Part shown: in pieces, positions 38,531 through 51,180 of the stretch | Layout of the letters: every line of letters starts with the position of its first letter | Numbering within the stretch: position 1 is the first letter of the stretch | NCBI RefSeq assembly: GCF_018977255.1 | Contig: NW_024704742.1 | Span: 41,728,001-41,792,000, forward strand | Direction: 5' to 3' | DNA: 64,000 bases | Source: Callorhinchus milii | Lineage: Eukaryota | The notes under the pieces: model-generated | The model's input: only the letters and a program-made list of their open reading frames with translations | Told to the model about the DNA's origin: nothing | Databases searched by the model: none | Translations under genes and position numbers: made by a program

Positions 38531-39591
38531 AGGAAGGTCCCAAGATAGCTGTTGTTAGAAACAGAAATGTTACGTGTTTTTTTCTGAGATTCAGATCCAT
38601 GCACTGAAATCAACATCCCCTTTGTTTGTATCTCCATACATCAGTTGCTTAAGACCTCACCATGTGGTTGTCTGCCATTAATTCCGATGCACATCTCCAG
38701 TGAATATAGAGATAAAACATTGCACTGTTCGAAGTATACAAGCTGATGGCAGAAAATTGGGTACATAGCCATACCAGATCCAGTTTTTGTCTTAAAAAAG
38801 TTTTATATGTCTCTGATGAACAGGCATGATTGATGTTCCCTTTATAGTTTCTGCTGGTATGTCTCTCCCTGCTGCTTTGTGCAGTGATGCTGGATAATTT
38901 TATTTCATTTGTAGCTCCCGTTCATGCTGTTCTCTCTGCTGTTTCATACAGTGAAGTTCAATGATTTACACTGAGTTTATAGCTGCTATTCATACTATTT
39001 CACTTTGATGTTGTGTGCAGTGATGTTCAATGATTTCCATTCTGTTTGAAGTGGAGTTGTAACTATTTTTGGGAAGGGGAGGGGACAAAAACGAGCAGAT
39101 CACATCTTAATTTCCCTTTTGGTCACATAACATGCAAATAATGCGACAACATGGATTATGTCAATATGTGCACGTTTATAAACACAGGGGCAAAGGAGTT
39201 TTCTCAATTTTGCAGGAGTTACAGTAACTTTTTAATATTGTGTTTATAATGCAGAGCTACTTCAGCTGGAAGTGTCTTTTCAAATGTCCTGCACTACTGA
39301 TGTTGTGGAATTTACCTAATTTATACGTAGGGCTGAATCAAGCATCATTGGTTTTTTAATTTGTATCTTTCATTTTTATTCAGGCTAGAAAAATTAAGAT
39401 TCAAAGTGTTTACATTGATATATATCCCTAGAGGTGTTCAAAAAAGTCTTGAGGTGGGTCCTGGACACCTCTAAAATCAGCAGAGATGCTTTTTTCACTT
39501 AATAATTACTGTGGAAGACAGTTGCAGACAGTAGTACTGAACAGCAAGTGCAAAAATGCTTCTGTTTGCTGTTCTTCCTAATGTTGCTTGG

Positions 39592-40015
39592 GATCAGCCT
39601 AGCTCAGGAGGGAACTCTCTCACCTGGGAATCAGCAGATTGTAAATTCAAGCTGGACATGATGATTTGAGCTAATTGTCCAGTCTGACATTTCAGTGCAG
39701 TGTTGGGGGAGTACTATGTCACGAGAGGTGCTGTCCTTTGGATGAGACCTTAAGCCAAGTTCCTGTCTGCCTATTCAAGTTGGTGTTAATGACAATATTC
39801 AAAAAGAGAAGAAGCTTTCTCCTGGTTTCCTGGCCAACAACCATTAAAATAAATTGGTCATTCACTTCATGGCTGTTTGTAGGAGTTTGTTTTATTCAAA
39901 TTGACGGCCCTCTTCCTCTACAAATACAGTCACTACACGTAGCATAAGTTATCTATGAAATGCTTTGTGAAGTTTTGATGTTACACAAGCTAAATCAAAC
40001 ATAAGAATTATTATT
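39592..40015 (+). mobile_element. DeuSINE-like SINE, near full length
   Basis: CTGACATTTCAGTGCAGTGTTGGGGGAGTAC...GGTGCTGTCCTTTGGATGAGACCTTAAGCCAAG followed by the tail. Confidence 0.78.
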
Positions 40016-40766
40016 GCTTATTGCCAAGTCTTGTGAGTTGAAGTGCACTTTTCCTTTCCAACTTTATTTTTCGTATCTGTCCAAACTGGATGCTTTTGCA
40101 GATAAAAGATCATTCCTTTAATTATGGAATTCTGCCACTAGCATTGGCTCGCTGAATATGAGTGCTATAGATTGAACAAAGAATAGAATGAAATATAAGG
40201 GGAGCAGACTAGCAATCATGCCTTTGACAAGTGATCTGTAATAAGAAAACAATGGTAATATTTTAACCACATACAAAAAAAATCTTGTCAGCTTCTATTA
40301 AAGGATGCATGCTGACGTATAGCAGTTAGTTTTAAAACTGTTCGCTTGGATTTACATCAGATTGTAGATCAAAAAATGTTTCTTAAAGATAGATACATTT
40401 TGTTGCAGCAATTTTATGATTCCAGGTTTGCCAGAGTGAGATTTCTTACTGTTCTACAAAGCAGAGTCCTGAGACATGCCTTCCTCTGCCTGCATAATCA
40501 GCATGCATTGAAGTTAAGCCTTGACCATCATTGTACTGCAGCAAGATAGCTAGAAATGTTTTGAGGCTATTTTGCCCATATTCACTATAATATCTTTTCT
40601 TTTGGTGAAAGTCAAGGGGTCAAAAACAATTTTCTCCTTTCCCCTCATCCCCGAATTCTCTAACCTTTTTTTCTGCTTCTAGGATACAGATGAATCACAG
40701 ACCAGCCCATTGACATGCAAATTGTGCTCTCACAAGTGACCCCTTATGCCTGAGATGGTGCACAGA

Positions 40767-40890
40767 AACAACAACAACAACAAAATTACATTTATAGAGC
40801 ATCTTTCACATCGGGAGGACATCCCATAGCACTGTACAGTCAGATGTCGGGGCCCAAGGATGGGGGAGGGGTGGTGTAGGGTGAGGGAAG
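40767..40890 (-). mobile_element. L2 tail fragment
   Basis: (CAA)n followed by ATTACATTTATAGAGCATCTTTCACATCGGGAGGACATCCC. Confidence 0.85.
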
Positions 40891-41236
40891 GCCTCTTTGT
40901 ACATACAAAGATGGTACAAAGATGACCTCTTTGTACATACAAAACATGCTTCAAGGTCCCATTCTTCTGACCCACGTGCATTACTTTGACCATTTGTTAC
41001 CAGAGCTTGCTGTTTGCTGTGAAAATATTGCGGCGTCCTCTAACCACCTTTAACATGGGCACAAAATGCATATCAGTGCCAGAACTTACTGATTTTTACC
41101 AAGATATTTTTGAGTCATTTTTTTCCTTTAGATTTTCTCCCATTATTTGACAAGAAAAATACTCTCAAAAAGAACAAAAAAAGATTTTTAATTTGTGAAT
41201 AAAAATAGTGACTTTAATAGTCCTAAAAACAGTTCT

Positions 41237-41670
41237 TAACAACAACAATATACCTTTCATGTTGGGAGGACGTCCCAAGGCACTGGAAGGTCAGAGTTTC
41301 GTACCTGAGCTGGGGGTTGGGACTGGGGAGGGTGGAGGGCAGGGGGGAAGCAGGGTGATAAAAAGCATGGTCGAAGAGGAGGTCTTGAGATGGGTCTTGA
41401 AGGAGGCAAGGGAGGGGGCAGGCAGAGGGTCTGCGGGATGGCGTTCCAAAGGATGGGAGCCAGAGTGGCCTGCCAAAGGTTGGACATGAAGCCGGCCGGA
41501 TGGTAGGGGTTTAGGAGGTTGCAAAGGTAGGCCATGGAGGGCTTTGAAGATGAGGATCAGGATCTTGAACTGTATCCTCTGTGTGATGGGAAGCCAGTGA
41601 GGGTGAGGATGGGGGTGATAAGGTCACGGAGCCTGGTGCGGGAGAGGACATGGGCTGCAGAGTTCCGGAC
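41237..41670 (-). mobile_element. L2 3' end
   Basis: SLASFKTHLKT motif on the minus strand and an L2 tail at about 41240. Confidence 0.88.
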
Positions 41671-43411
41671 TGGCTTAATAAGCTTAGTTAACAGTTAAAA
41701 CACAATTCAAACAAACTACCTGAAGGAGCTTTGGAGTGTTTTTTGTAAGTGAGATACATCTTGATGTGACATTACATTAGATTTACAATTCTCAGGTTTA
41801 ATAGCCTTTCTAATTTTTTAATGCTATGTATTTCTGGAGAAAAGATAATTGCAGATTCTGTTAAAAACATTATTCTGAAACTAAAAGAAGATAAGAAACA
41901 CAGACACTTAGTAAAACAAACCCTACAGGGTGCATTATTAATTCACATACTGCAACAAATCCAAAGCATATCAGAGAAATATCCCTTCTGTTTCCTTTCT
42001 CATGAAGTGGTGTGCGTGCCTATTCATGGGAAAGAGACAAGGAGACATTAGGTCAGTTAATACTAGGCTGAATTGAGGTCTGTGGATTCAACAAAACATC
42101 AAATCAGTATTTAGCTCAACTGTTTATTTCAACAGTTTTGACATGGTAGAATGATGCAAAGTTTAATTGTATTATCCTAACTGTCACCCTGGCTGATTCA
42201 TGAGAACCTAAGAATTTAACTTTCATTTCCCCTCTCAACTTCCTGGATAGATAGGAATGACTCAAATTGATTTTACTTTTACTGACATCATTTTGCAAAT
42301 CAACATGTCTTTGTTTACATCTTTCCAAATCAGTCTCTGTCATAGTGTTAGCCAATAAGACAATTTATTGATGTTAGCGAGAAAGGCCAAGCTTCTTTGC
42401 CAAACTGTCTAGACACACATGTTTCTGCCTTCTTCAACAGCAACAACTTGCATATATATAGCAAAAACACTTCAGTAGGATGGTAGTGGCCAACCCAAGG
42501 CCTACGGGCCAAAAGTGAACATAATCACACAATAATACTGGACACATGCTCTCTGATGGAGATCAGCTATTCTAACTATTGCTCTCATTGTATAAACAGA
42601 TCTAAAAAGGTCTCTCAGGAACACTGCAATGATTTATATTCCAATATTTTTTGTCCCTGATGCAGACAAGGCAGAGTGGTCCTTCATTTTCTTCAGCCCT
42701 TTATTTTCCAGCAAACAGGGTATATAAAACCATTGCCCACTGTTGGGAAACTGAGGAAAGCCATTAAGAGGAGGAGCACTGTATTATAATGGCTAATAAA
42801 CAGTCTCCAAGGTAATTCTTTTACAGCTGTAGAAAGCAGTGTTTGTGAGTTATGTTGCTCTCATCCCGAAATACAGAAAGCTTGGGGCATTTCTCTTAGA
42901 ACAGAATTGGTATATTTTCTTGTGTGACAGTCTGTATCCCAAAGGTAGTATCCTATTCGATTTTAAGCATGACAAACTCCTTGATCTTTGGGAAAACTGA
43001 GCTAGATGGCTGAATGTCAGAATGTTAAAATGCCATTATCTGGAATATAGAGTAGCAGTTGACAGAAAGAGTAGGCACTGGTATGTAGAAAAGAATGCAA
43101 CACGTATCTGACCTCTGACAATTTTAACTCGTAAGTGTTTAGTAAATGTACTTTCCTTGTTTGTCAGGCACTCAGTGAAATGACAAATTACAACACTGAA
43201 TGACAGAAGTGTCGTTCTTTAATAATAAAGTGAATTCATGGTGATGAATATCTTGTGGCTCTTGTGGCTAGTCTCCTTCGCTGGCGATAAAGTCATCCCT
43301 CTCTAAATTCCTCATCACAGCGTTTCCAGCGTTGACCAAATGCTATTCGCATTTAATCAATAAGGGAATGGTGCCGCTATGCATATTGATGAGAACTAAA
43401 AGATACAGACT

Positions 43412-43700
43412 ATAAGGGGTGCTACAATTGGCCTCAGCTTTCTGGATCAGGGAGAAAAAAAATCAACAGGGCTTTCTGCTCCTGTTGACAATTCGGCCAT
43501 CTCTGTGCCTGTAGAGATTAAATGATGGTAGGGTCATACTTGGTCACAATGCTTCCACTTTTAATGAGCCGGGCGACATTCACTGTGTGGGTTCACCAAT
43601 GAAGATAAGTTACTTGGGCTGGATGCTAGGGACTGATTACCTTTACCCTATCCCCAGCATGTGTCCACAGCTTAAGAAATGAAAAGAAAGATAGAAGGAA
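43412..43700 (+). repeat. SINE-like repeat 'B', copy 1
   Basis: GGGGTGCTACAATTGGCCTCAG...AAAATCAACAGGGCTTTCTGCTCCTG...GACATTCACTGT is homologous to 46810-47060. Confidence 0.55.
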
Positions 43701-44171
43701 AACAATTCAAGTAGAAAATCTGACTGAGGTACAATCATTTTACATTAGAGCATTGCAGGAGGAACATAGAACTGTGGAATTACAGACATGTTCAGCACAG
43801 AAGGAGGCACAGCCCATTGTGCCTTTACTGACTCTCTCAAAGAGCATTCCATTTAGTTTCATTCCCCTACCCTTTTTCCTTTTATATGTCTACTTTTCAG
43901 ACATTTTCTAATTATTTATCTAATTGAAGATTAAAATGCAATGCCCATTTTAAGGTCTGTCCCGTGAAAGAAATATACTTTAAGTAACATTTCATAATTT
44001 CTTTGCATCTGAGGATAGGTAAAGTAAATGGAATGTGCAAGAAAATGCATAGTGGTGAACTTAACCCTTAGGTTTGTATTGAAATAAAAACAATTTGGGA
44101 GCCTGAGTTTTGAATCAGGTCCACATTTTTCTTCTCTCGCAATGAAGACATTCCTTTGTTAAAGCATTTGC

Positions 44172-44430
44172 ATTCCAGTGCAGTGCTGAGCAAACACAGC
44201 ATTGTCAGAGGTGCCATGAGATGTTAAACCAAAGTCCCGTCTGCCTATTCGGGTGGATGTTAAAAATCCCATGACTCTATTCAAAAAGAGAAGGGCGTTC
44301 CTCCCAATGTCCTGGACAACAATCTTCTGGAAAATTGGTCATTTGCTTCATGACTGTTTGTGGGACATTGCTGTACACAAATTAGCCTCTGCGTTCATCT
44401 ACAGTTAATATTCTTTATGGTGAGTTTCGT
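44172..44430 (+). mobile_element. DeuSINE-like SINE fragment
   Basis: TCCAGTGCAGTGCTGAG...GTCAGAGGTGCC-ATGAGATGTTAAACCAAAGTCCCGTCTGCCTATTCGGGTGGATGTTAAAAATCCCATG. Confidence 0.8.
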
Positions 44431-46809
44431 GAAGAATTTTGAAGAGTTTCTATCAGTGCCCTGGTCCTCTACATAAATTAATCAGTCACTTGGCTGCTTG
44501 TGGAACACAAAATGGTAGGTAAAATGGTTGTCATGTTTGTCCGCAAATACATAGTCACTAAATTTCAACAACAATTACCTTGCAACACTTTCTGAGATGT
44601 CTCAACATTAAGGGTGCTATAACAAAGGGACTTTGAATGATTTTCATTAAAAGTGATTTAGACAATATTGTTCAATTTGTTTACAAGCATACACGAGGTT
44701 GAAAATGGTGTCAATAATGAATTACTGCATTTATTGATACTGCATCAGACAAATAGCTCATGGCTAACAATCACAATATTACCAGATTGGTTTAGATAAA
44801 GAAGGCCCTTTAGCCCATCTGATCTCATCCCTCCAAATACCCACCCTATTGACCTCCCATAATAGTGTCAAGCTTTTTAAATGAGTCCAGTGTGAATCCT
44901 CAAAGACTCTTTCTGGCAACTTGCAACAAAAAATAACTGGTGTCTAGCCTGAAATTGACCTTTATAGGTCCAAACCTATGTTCCTCTCAATTAAAATGGT
45001 TATTCACTTCATGGTTATTTGTAAGAGATTGCTGTGTGCAAATTGGTTGCCACGTTCACCTACAAATACACAGACACTGCACTTTACACTGAGTTTTTTC
45101 ATTCCTCTTCGACCGTGCTTATGGTCACCTCCCCCCTCCCTCTGGCTCGATGTTGTACTCCCCCACTGTCAAGTGCTTTGGGGTGCTACCCTACATGAGG
45201 GCTGCTTTTTAAATACAGATTGTTGTTATTTTTAAATTCTGTGAAGCAATTTGAGGAGTTTCTCACAGTGTCCTGGTTAATAATCCTCTGGATACGTTGG
45301 CCACTCACTCTTTTGGCTCTTCTACATTCCAAATAAATTGGAAAACACTTTTCCATGAAGTTTGGATCTCTTTAAAAAGTACATTTTGTGATCTACTATA
45401 TATCCATAAAGATGGGCCACAAACCAACTATCAGTCACCCTGGGGCATGATTTATATTCCTAATTGTAAAATCCTGCAGGAAGGTATGACTGATAGAGCA
45501 GGTTTACTTCAGTTCTGAAGGGAACACATTTATATTTATTTCACATTGTTTTAATTGTTTTTTGTTTTAGTGGTGAAATATGTGAATGTCCATATGGTGT
45601 CTAAATGACTGAAGAAATCTATTTCACTACCCCAAACTATTTTTACTCTTTGATTTACAGAAGGTGGCTGGTGGGTCTTAACAGATGATGTAATTATTTA
45701 AAGTGGGGATTAACACCATATGTGTCCGTGTAAATCTGCCTTTTTCAAACATTTTATATTTTCCTAATGTCAAATTCTTCCCCACTACTCCAACTCCAAA
45801 CTCCAAACTCCAAACAAAGAGAAGATAGCAAAATTTTTATTTCTTCTTTCGGTTTACATTCTCAGCTTTTAAAGGAATAAAAGTAAGTCTAAAAGACATC
45901 GCCCTCACACCCCATCTCACCCCCCTCCAAATCACTCAATCATCTTGAAAACATTAGCGGCGTTTAAAAAGCAGTTTTCTTCTAATGAATACCAACAGCA
46001 GAGGATTCCTGAGTAATCACCATCATCTCATTTCATTATCAATTGAACCAGGATGGATAAGGCTGGAGGACAAGGCTGAAGCAGGCTAGAAACTTGGTGA
46101 CAAGGCAAAGTCAAGAGTTATGTAGCATCTATATACAATAATATTTAATCAGTACTGAGCATAGTGCAGTGAGAGTATAAAACGAGTTCTGTGCGTAAAC
46201 AAAAGGGAGGGCAAGAGCTTGCCTTCTTCTAAGTGTGTATCTGAACTCGGTTCCTGTCTAGGGCTGGTTTTTTAGTATGAAGTAGCTGTTATTGTTCGGA
46301 AGGTCATGGTGCTACCCTGAGCCAGCTGATGAGATAAGACAGAGAGAGTGGGTATTTTTAAAGCTGCAGTACACTATAGAAGTCATTTCCAGCAACATGT
46401 TAAATATTTACACAGAACAATCTAATCCACAATACATGGCGACTACCAAGTGAAAACAGACCTTTCACTGTGAAGAAACTCAAAGTTCCTCAGATTCCGC
46501 TAGACATCTTGATCTTACAAATCACATGTGTGTACAGATTAATTTGTCCTTATTATTTCACTTAACAGATGTTTTAGCAGCAAATCAAGTCTTCCATAAA
46601 AAAATGGTAATTTTTCCTGATCAATTCTACGTGCTAATAATTGAGGTGGTTTCAGGATATTTGAATTGCGAATAGTTTTGCAATAGTTCTAACTCCACAA
46701 TCTTCAAAAGCTGTGGGATTTGTCTAATCATACTGTTTTATATTCTGGAGTTCGCCTGCAAAGCAGACAAACTTCTACAGGCAATCCATGATGAAAAGCG
46801 ACCAATTCA

Positions 46810-47060
46810 GACAGGGCTGCATGGGGAGGTTAAAGAGTAAGGGAGGGGATAACCAGCCAGAGTTCCTGTTCATAAGCACTGTGTACTGTTTAAGTGCACG
46901 TGTGGCAGACAGGTGAGATGAGGTCAGGGTTGGCTGTGATGCCCTCTATAGTCAAGGGCCTCCTGACACTCATTGCCAAGACTCATACTTAAACAATAGC
47001 TGATCGGCCAGGGATACCAGAAGGCAACCATTGCTCAGGAACCACACACAAGAGAAGACC
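46810..47060 (+). repeat. SINE-like repeat 'B', copy 2
   Basis: CAGCCAGAGTTCCTGTTC...GGCTGTGATGCCCTC...GACACTCATTGCCAAGACTCATAC. Confidence 0.55.
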
Positions 47061-50000
47061 ACACAAGGAGCATAAAGGCCTGAAGTCAGGTTCATCATGT
47101 AAACACCAATATTTCAGGATTATATTTTCCCGATCCCTGCCAACAAATTAATGACAGCAGAACTGGAAGGTGGGTGGGGGGGAAAGCCAAGATACTTGAC
47201 AGTTACATCCGTACTGGTTTCAACAGTACAACAGTACATTACAACAGTACTGGTTTCCACTAGTAAACACAGATATAGAATTCTGAAGTGTTTCTCATGC
47301 TAAAGCTCCAATATTATTGCACTAGTATGTGATGGAGCTGCAAATTTTTGCATTTCCAAAAAACGGCACCATGCCTCGAGTGCCTGCTGCCAACTTCTCC
47401 CCGTTTACAAAGTGCAAAGACATCCAGTGAAAAGTAAAAGTGACAAGAAAAGGTGTGTTCAGTTGTCAGTGCCCTCACTTTACAACAACAACTTGCACTA
47501 ATACAATGGCCTTCACACGGGATAGCATTTCGGAGTCTTTGTATGGAAATGAAACTCATGGTGCTTTATCTCACAATACGTTCCACTTGAGTCATTTTAA
47601 GGCCAAACAAGTGCTGTGGGTAAAATTTAGCGACGTTTGCAGTAATTCACCAGAGCCTGAGTTTACATGAAACAAAGGTTAGACACCTGACAAATGACTG
47701 TAGACCTGCTGTGTATCTGATGATTTGTACCTTATGAAATGAACCGATGGTAACTTGTGCAACAACAACAACAACAACAAGATTCCATTTATAAAGCACC
47801 TTTCACGTCAGGAGGACGTGAACAACACTTAAAGGATTCAACCTGCAGTTACTGCTCCCTGGAAAGAGAGTCCCAGCTTATTGAATAGTGAGTAAAATTT
47901 TTAATTGGTCCCTGAAGTCAAACTGAATACTATATAAATGAAAGGCTTCAACATTTCTCCTATTTCCTCTCTTATTTGTGCCTAAGCTGCACCCATAATA
48001 AGAATAAGTATTAAGGAACAGTCTGAAATTATATTCTTTTTTCTGAGCCACCATGGTCTGATACAGAACCAAATAAATTGATTAAAGTGCCTAAAAAACA
48101 CTCTAAATTCCTGGCATTGTATTCTTTGGTGTTTTGTTACATGCTTGATAAGCACATCGCAAGTGGTTTGCACAAGTCTATGCATCTTCAATATGCCAAG
48201 CATTGTAAAATGTAGGAAATAGTTTTCATATTATTTTGAAACACCAAATGCTTGTACTGCATTGTATTGACAATTTTTTTGAAACCCACAACCCACCCTT
48301 AGCAGAGAACAGATCATTCAGACACAAGGACACAAGGAATTGAGTTCAAAGTAATAAATCAAAGGACCAATGGGTGTGGCAAGGTTGAGTACTTACGCAG
48401 TCCATATTGGGAGAGCTGTTAAGATACAACAATTGTTCAGCACCTTGGGAAGTCCTCCCTACATGAAATATAATTTTGTTGTTTTTGTTGTTGTTGTTGT
48501 TAATGAAGAAAGATTTGCTGTGAATGATCTTGATGCTTTGTTTGAGAAGTAAGACAGCCAGTGACTCTCATTGGGCACCATTGTTGAAACTCCTTGAGGA
48601 GATGATTTGGCAGCACTTCTATAGTACAGATAATTCTGGCTCTATTCCCCAATGGTAACTTCAAAGTTCTTGGACAGTCCATTGAAAAGCCCTGAACTAT
48701 CCAAACATTTAAAAACAATGTTTGTCTTATATTATTGTACAAAAAATTGCCTACAAAACGTTTTGCCTACAAAAAAAAAGTCACTATATTTTAGAGTATA
48801 TCTTGTGAAGCACCTATAACTGTGACCAAATGTGAGAATTATTATTGTTATTATAAAAGTGATGACTGTGACTAAGTTTCATATAACAATAAAAACAAGG
48901 ACTAACTCATAGCATTCTGGCCTCACTTTCAGCTCTTTGGCGGTCCCTGTGAGGAAGGGATGTATAAATCAGGCTTATTGCTCCTCTTCTCTCTGCTCCA
49001 TGAAGCATAGAGTATAATAATGCACTTAGTACATAATCGTTGGACTCTCATTTAATTATTATAGCTTTTTATTAATAATGATAATTATTATTGTTGTGTG
49101 CTAAGTGACTGCTAAATCTGCCTACAAAAAAACACCTAATAGTATTTTTCTGTGAAGCACTTCTTATAGACTTTGTCCAATACAAGGAATATTTATTTGT
49201 AACCTGTGAAGCATTTCAGCAGATTTACCTTTCTGATTTATCAATTTTGATTTTGGAAGAGATCCACATTTTCTAAAGCTGATTGTATATGGTTTGATTC
49301 AGTAAATTCTTTCCTAATAAGCTATATATATGAATCTGGAGCTTAATATTTAAATTCATATTAAACAGCGACATTGGACAGGTGAAGATCTTTGCTTCAA
49401 TAGATCGAGATTATACATGTTTAGTGAGTTAATGAGTTTAGATTTAATTATTTAATGTCTGGCAACTTAAAGGTTTGCGAACAGTTCTGTGCAAAAGAAT
49501 TTACCAAACCGAATCAACCAAAATCTGTTTTATCAAATGCAAGGCTCCAGCAAAAAGATTTGTAAATCTACCATCTAAATCTGTTAAAACACCTCACATT
49601 TTCCTTTAAATAATAGGGTGAAAATGTTACATCTCATACAGTGTTGATTACATTGTTATGAAATGTTACATTTATCACCCCAATATCTTTTGCACAGCAG
49701 TCATCGTATTGAACATGTGGTTTTATTCGGTGTTGACGTGAAGTCCTTGTTGAAGCACGAATAACCAAGACAAAGGCATATAAATCATTTGTACTGTTGT
49801 AACATTGCACAAGCAACTGTAACCAATTCAAAAATATTAGGGTGATTATCTTTTACAAGGTGTTACTGTGAGAAATGAGCTACATTCTAATCCGCAGATG
49901 CTTTCATGTGAAATAGGGGTTAGGATTTCAAAGGATTTTGCAAATATTGGCATCTTTTATATAATAAATTGTATAGAAAATGATTTGGCACATTGCAATT

Positions 50001-50099
50001 CTGTGTTTTTGCCAGGATGAATGTATAAACTTGAATTACTCTCAAGGTATACCGGGTTAAATTGCCAGCTCTGGTGTTACCTCGAATATACTTTACCTG

Positions 50100-50490
50100 G
50101 AAGTTCTAAAGGCTGAGTCCACTTGGAGCACAGTTCTCACTATTAGGATATAAGGGCTCTGGAGACAGCTCAAATGCGAGCAATGAGGTTGATAGCTAGT
50201 GTTAGAAGAATGGACTATGGTGTAACAAACAGTAAGTTAAGGTTCTTCAGCTTTGAACAGTCATCTCAGTTTCAGTGGGTGCCTTAAAGAGACATACAAG
50301 GTGTCAAATTAGAAAGAGAAAGTAAACTCAGAACAACACTCACAGATTTGCAAAAGCAGCAGGACAAGAGATTGCAGGATCAGAGTTGTGAAGGACGATT
50401 TTAAGACAATGCCAAGAAATATTTATTTACAGAGGATTATTAACAGCTGGAATAGGTTGTCAGTAATGAAAGCTGAGACCAGAACATTGG
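50100..50490 (+). mobile_element. CR1 3' fragment, old
   Basis: CCACTTGGAG...CTGGAGACAGCTCAAATGCGAGCAATGAGGTTGAT...TTTACAGAGGATTATTAACAGCTGGAATAGGTTG. Confidence 0.65.
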
Positions 50491-50496
50491 ATTAAT

Positions 50497-51180
50497 TTAG
50501 AAACTAGTGAGCCACACTACCACCATTGCGGTTAGGTTCTGGGGTATGATGGAAGGTGTAGCCAGGTGGTGTGACCTCAGTCGGGGGGAAGGTGTCGCCG
50601 GGCATGATCCAGGTTTCTGTGAGGACCAGGATATTGATGTTTCCATCAACAGTGAGGGCTTTGTTGGAGAGGGAGAGGACATTTTGTAGGGAGATATGGG
50701 GGGATAGTTGGCAGAGTATTGTGTGAGACGAGAAGAGAGAGGATCGACAGGGAGGGTGGGATTGTGGATGAGGGAGGAGGGATTTGTCCTCAGGGCCTGG
50801 GGCCAGTGGGCTGCGGTGATATGGGGCAGTCAGTTGCTGATGGAGGATTCCCAGGCTGGAGCAGAGGGAGGCTGTGTGACGGTCAAGTGAGGATAGGAGG
50901 AGCGGAGGATGGTGGGAGAGGAGGACCGAGCAGGAGTAATGGAGGATAGAGGACAGGGATGGGGGCATTTGGGGGGAAAGCAGCTCGGGTCGGGGGCTGC
51001 AGCCAAAATGCAGATGCCGAGACTGGAGGCAGAGTGATCAGCGGGGCACAGTCAGCCTGCGGGCATGGAGACAGTGGGGGCTAGAGGAGACAGCAGAGGG
51101 GAATGAAGGGCAACACTCATTGTGTTGCCCGCCTGAAAGATAGAGTGTTACAGGGAGAAGAGAGAGGACAGGAAGGGAAG
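50497..51180 (-). mobile_element. L2-type LINE 5' fragment with the APE endonuclease start
   Basis: ORF 50504..50968 ends QNVLSLSNKALTVDGNINILVLTETWIMPGDTFPPTEVTPPGYTFHHTPEPNRNGGSVA, an N-terminal exo/endo-phosphatase motif set. Confidence 0.85.

Noticed and set aside
47717..47745. CTGATGA...GAAA second hammerhead-like spacing
   Set aside because: No stem II or stem I complementarity.
49706..49768. Possible pre-miRNA hairpin (TGGTTTTATTCGGTG...GCACGAATAACCA)
   Set aside because: Pairing needs several bulges and I recognise no mature miRNA.
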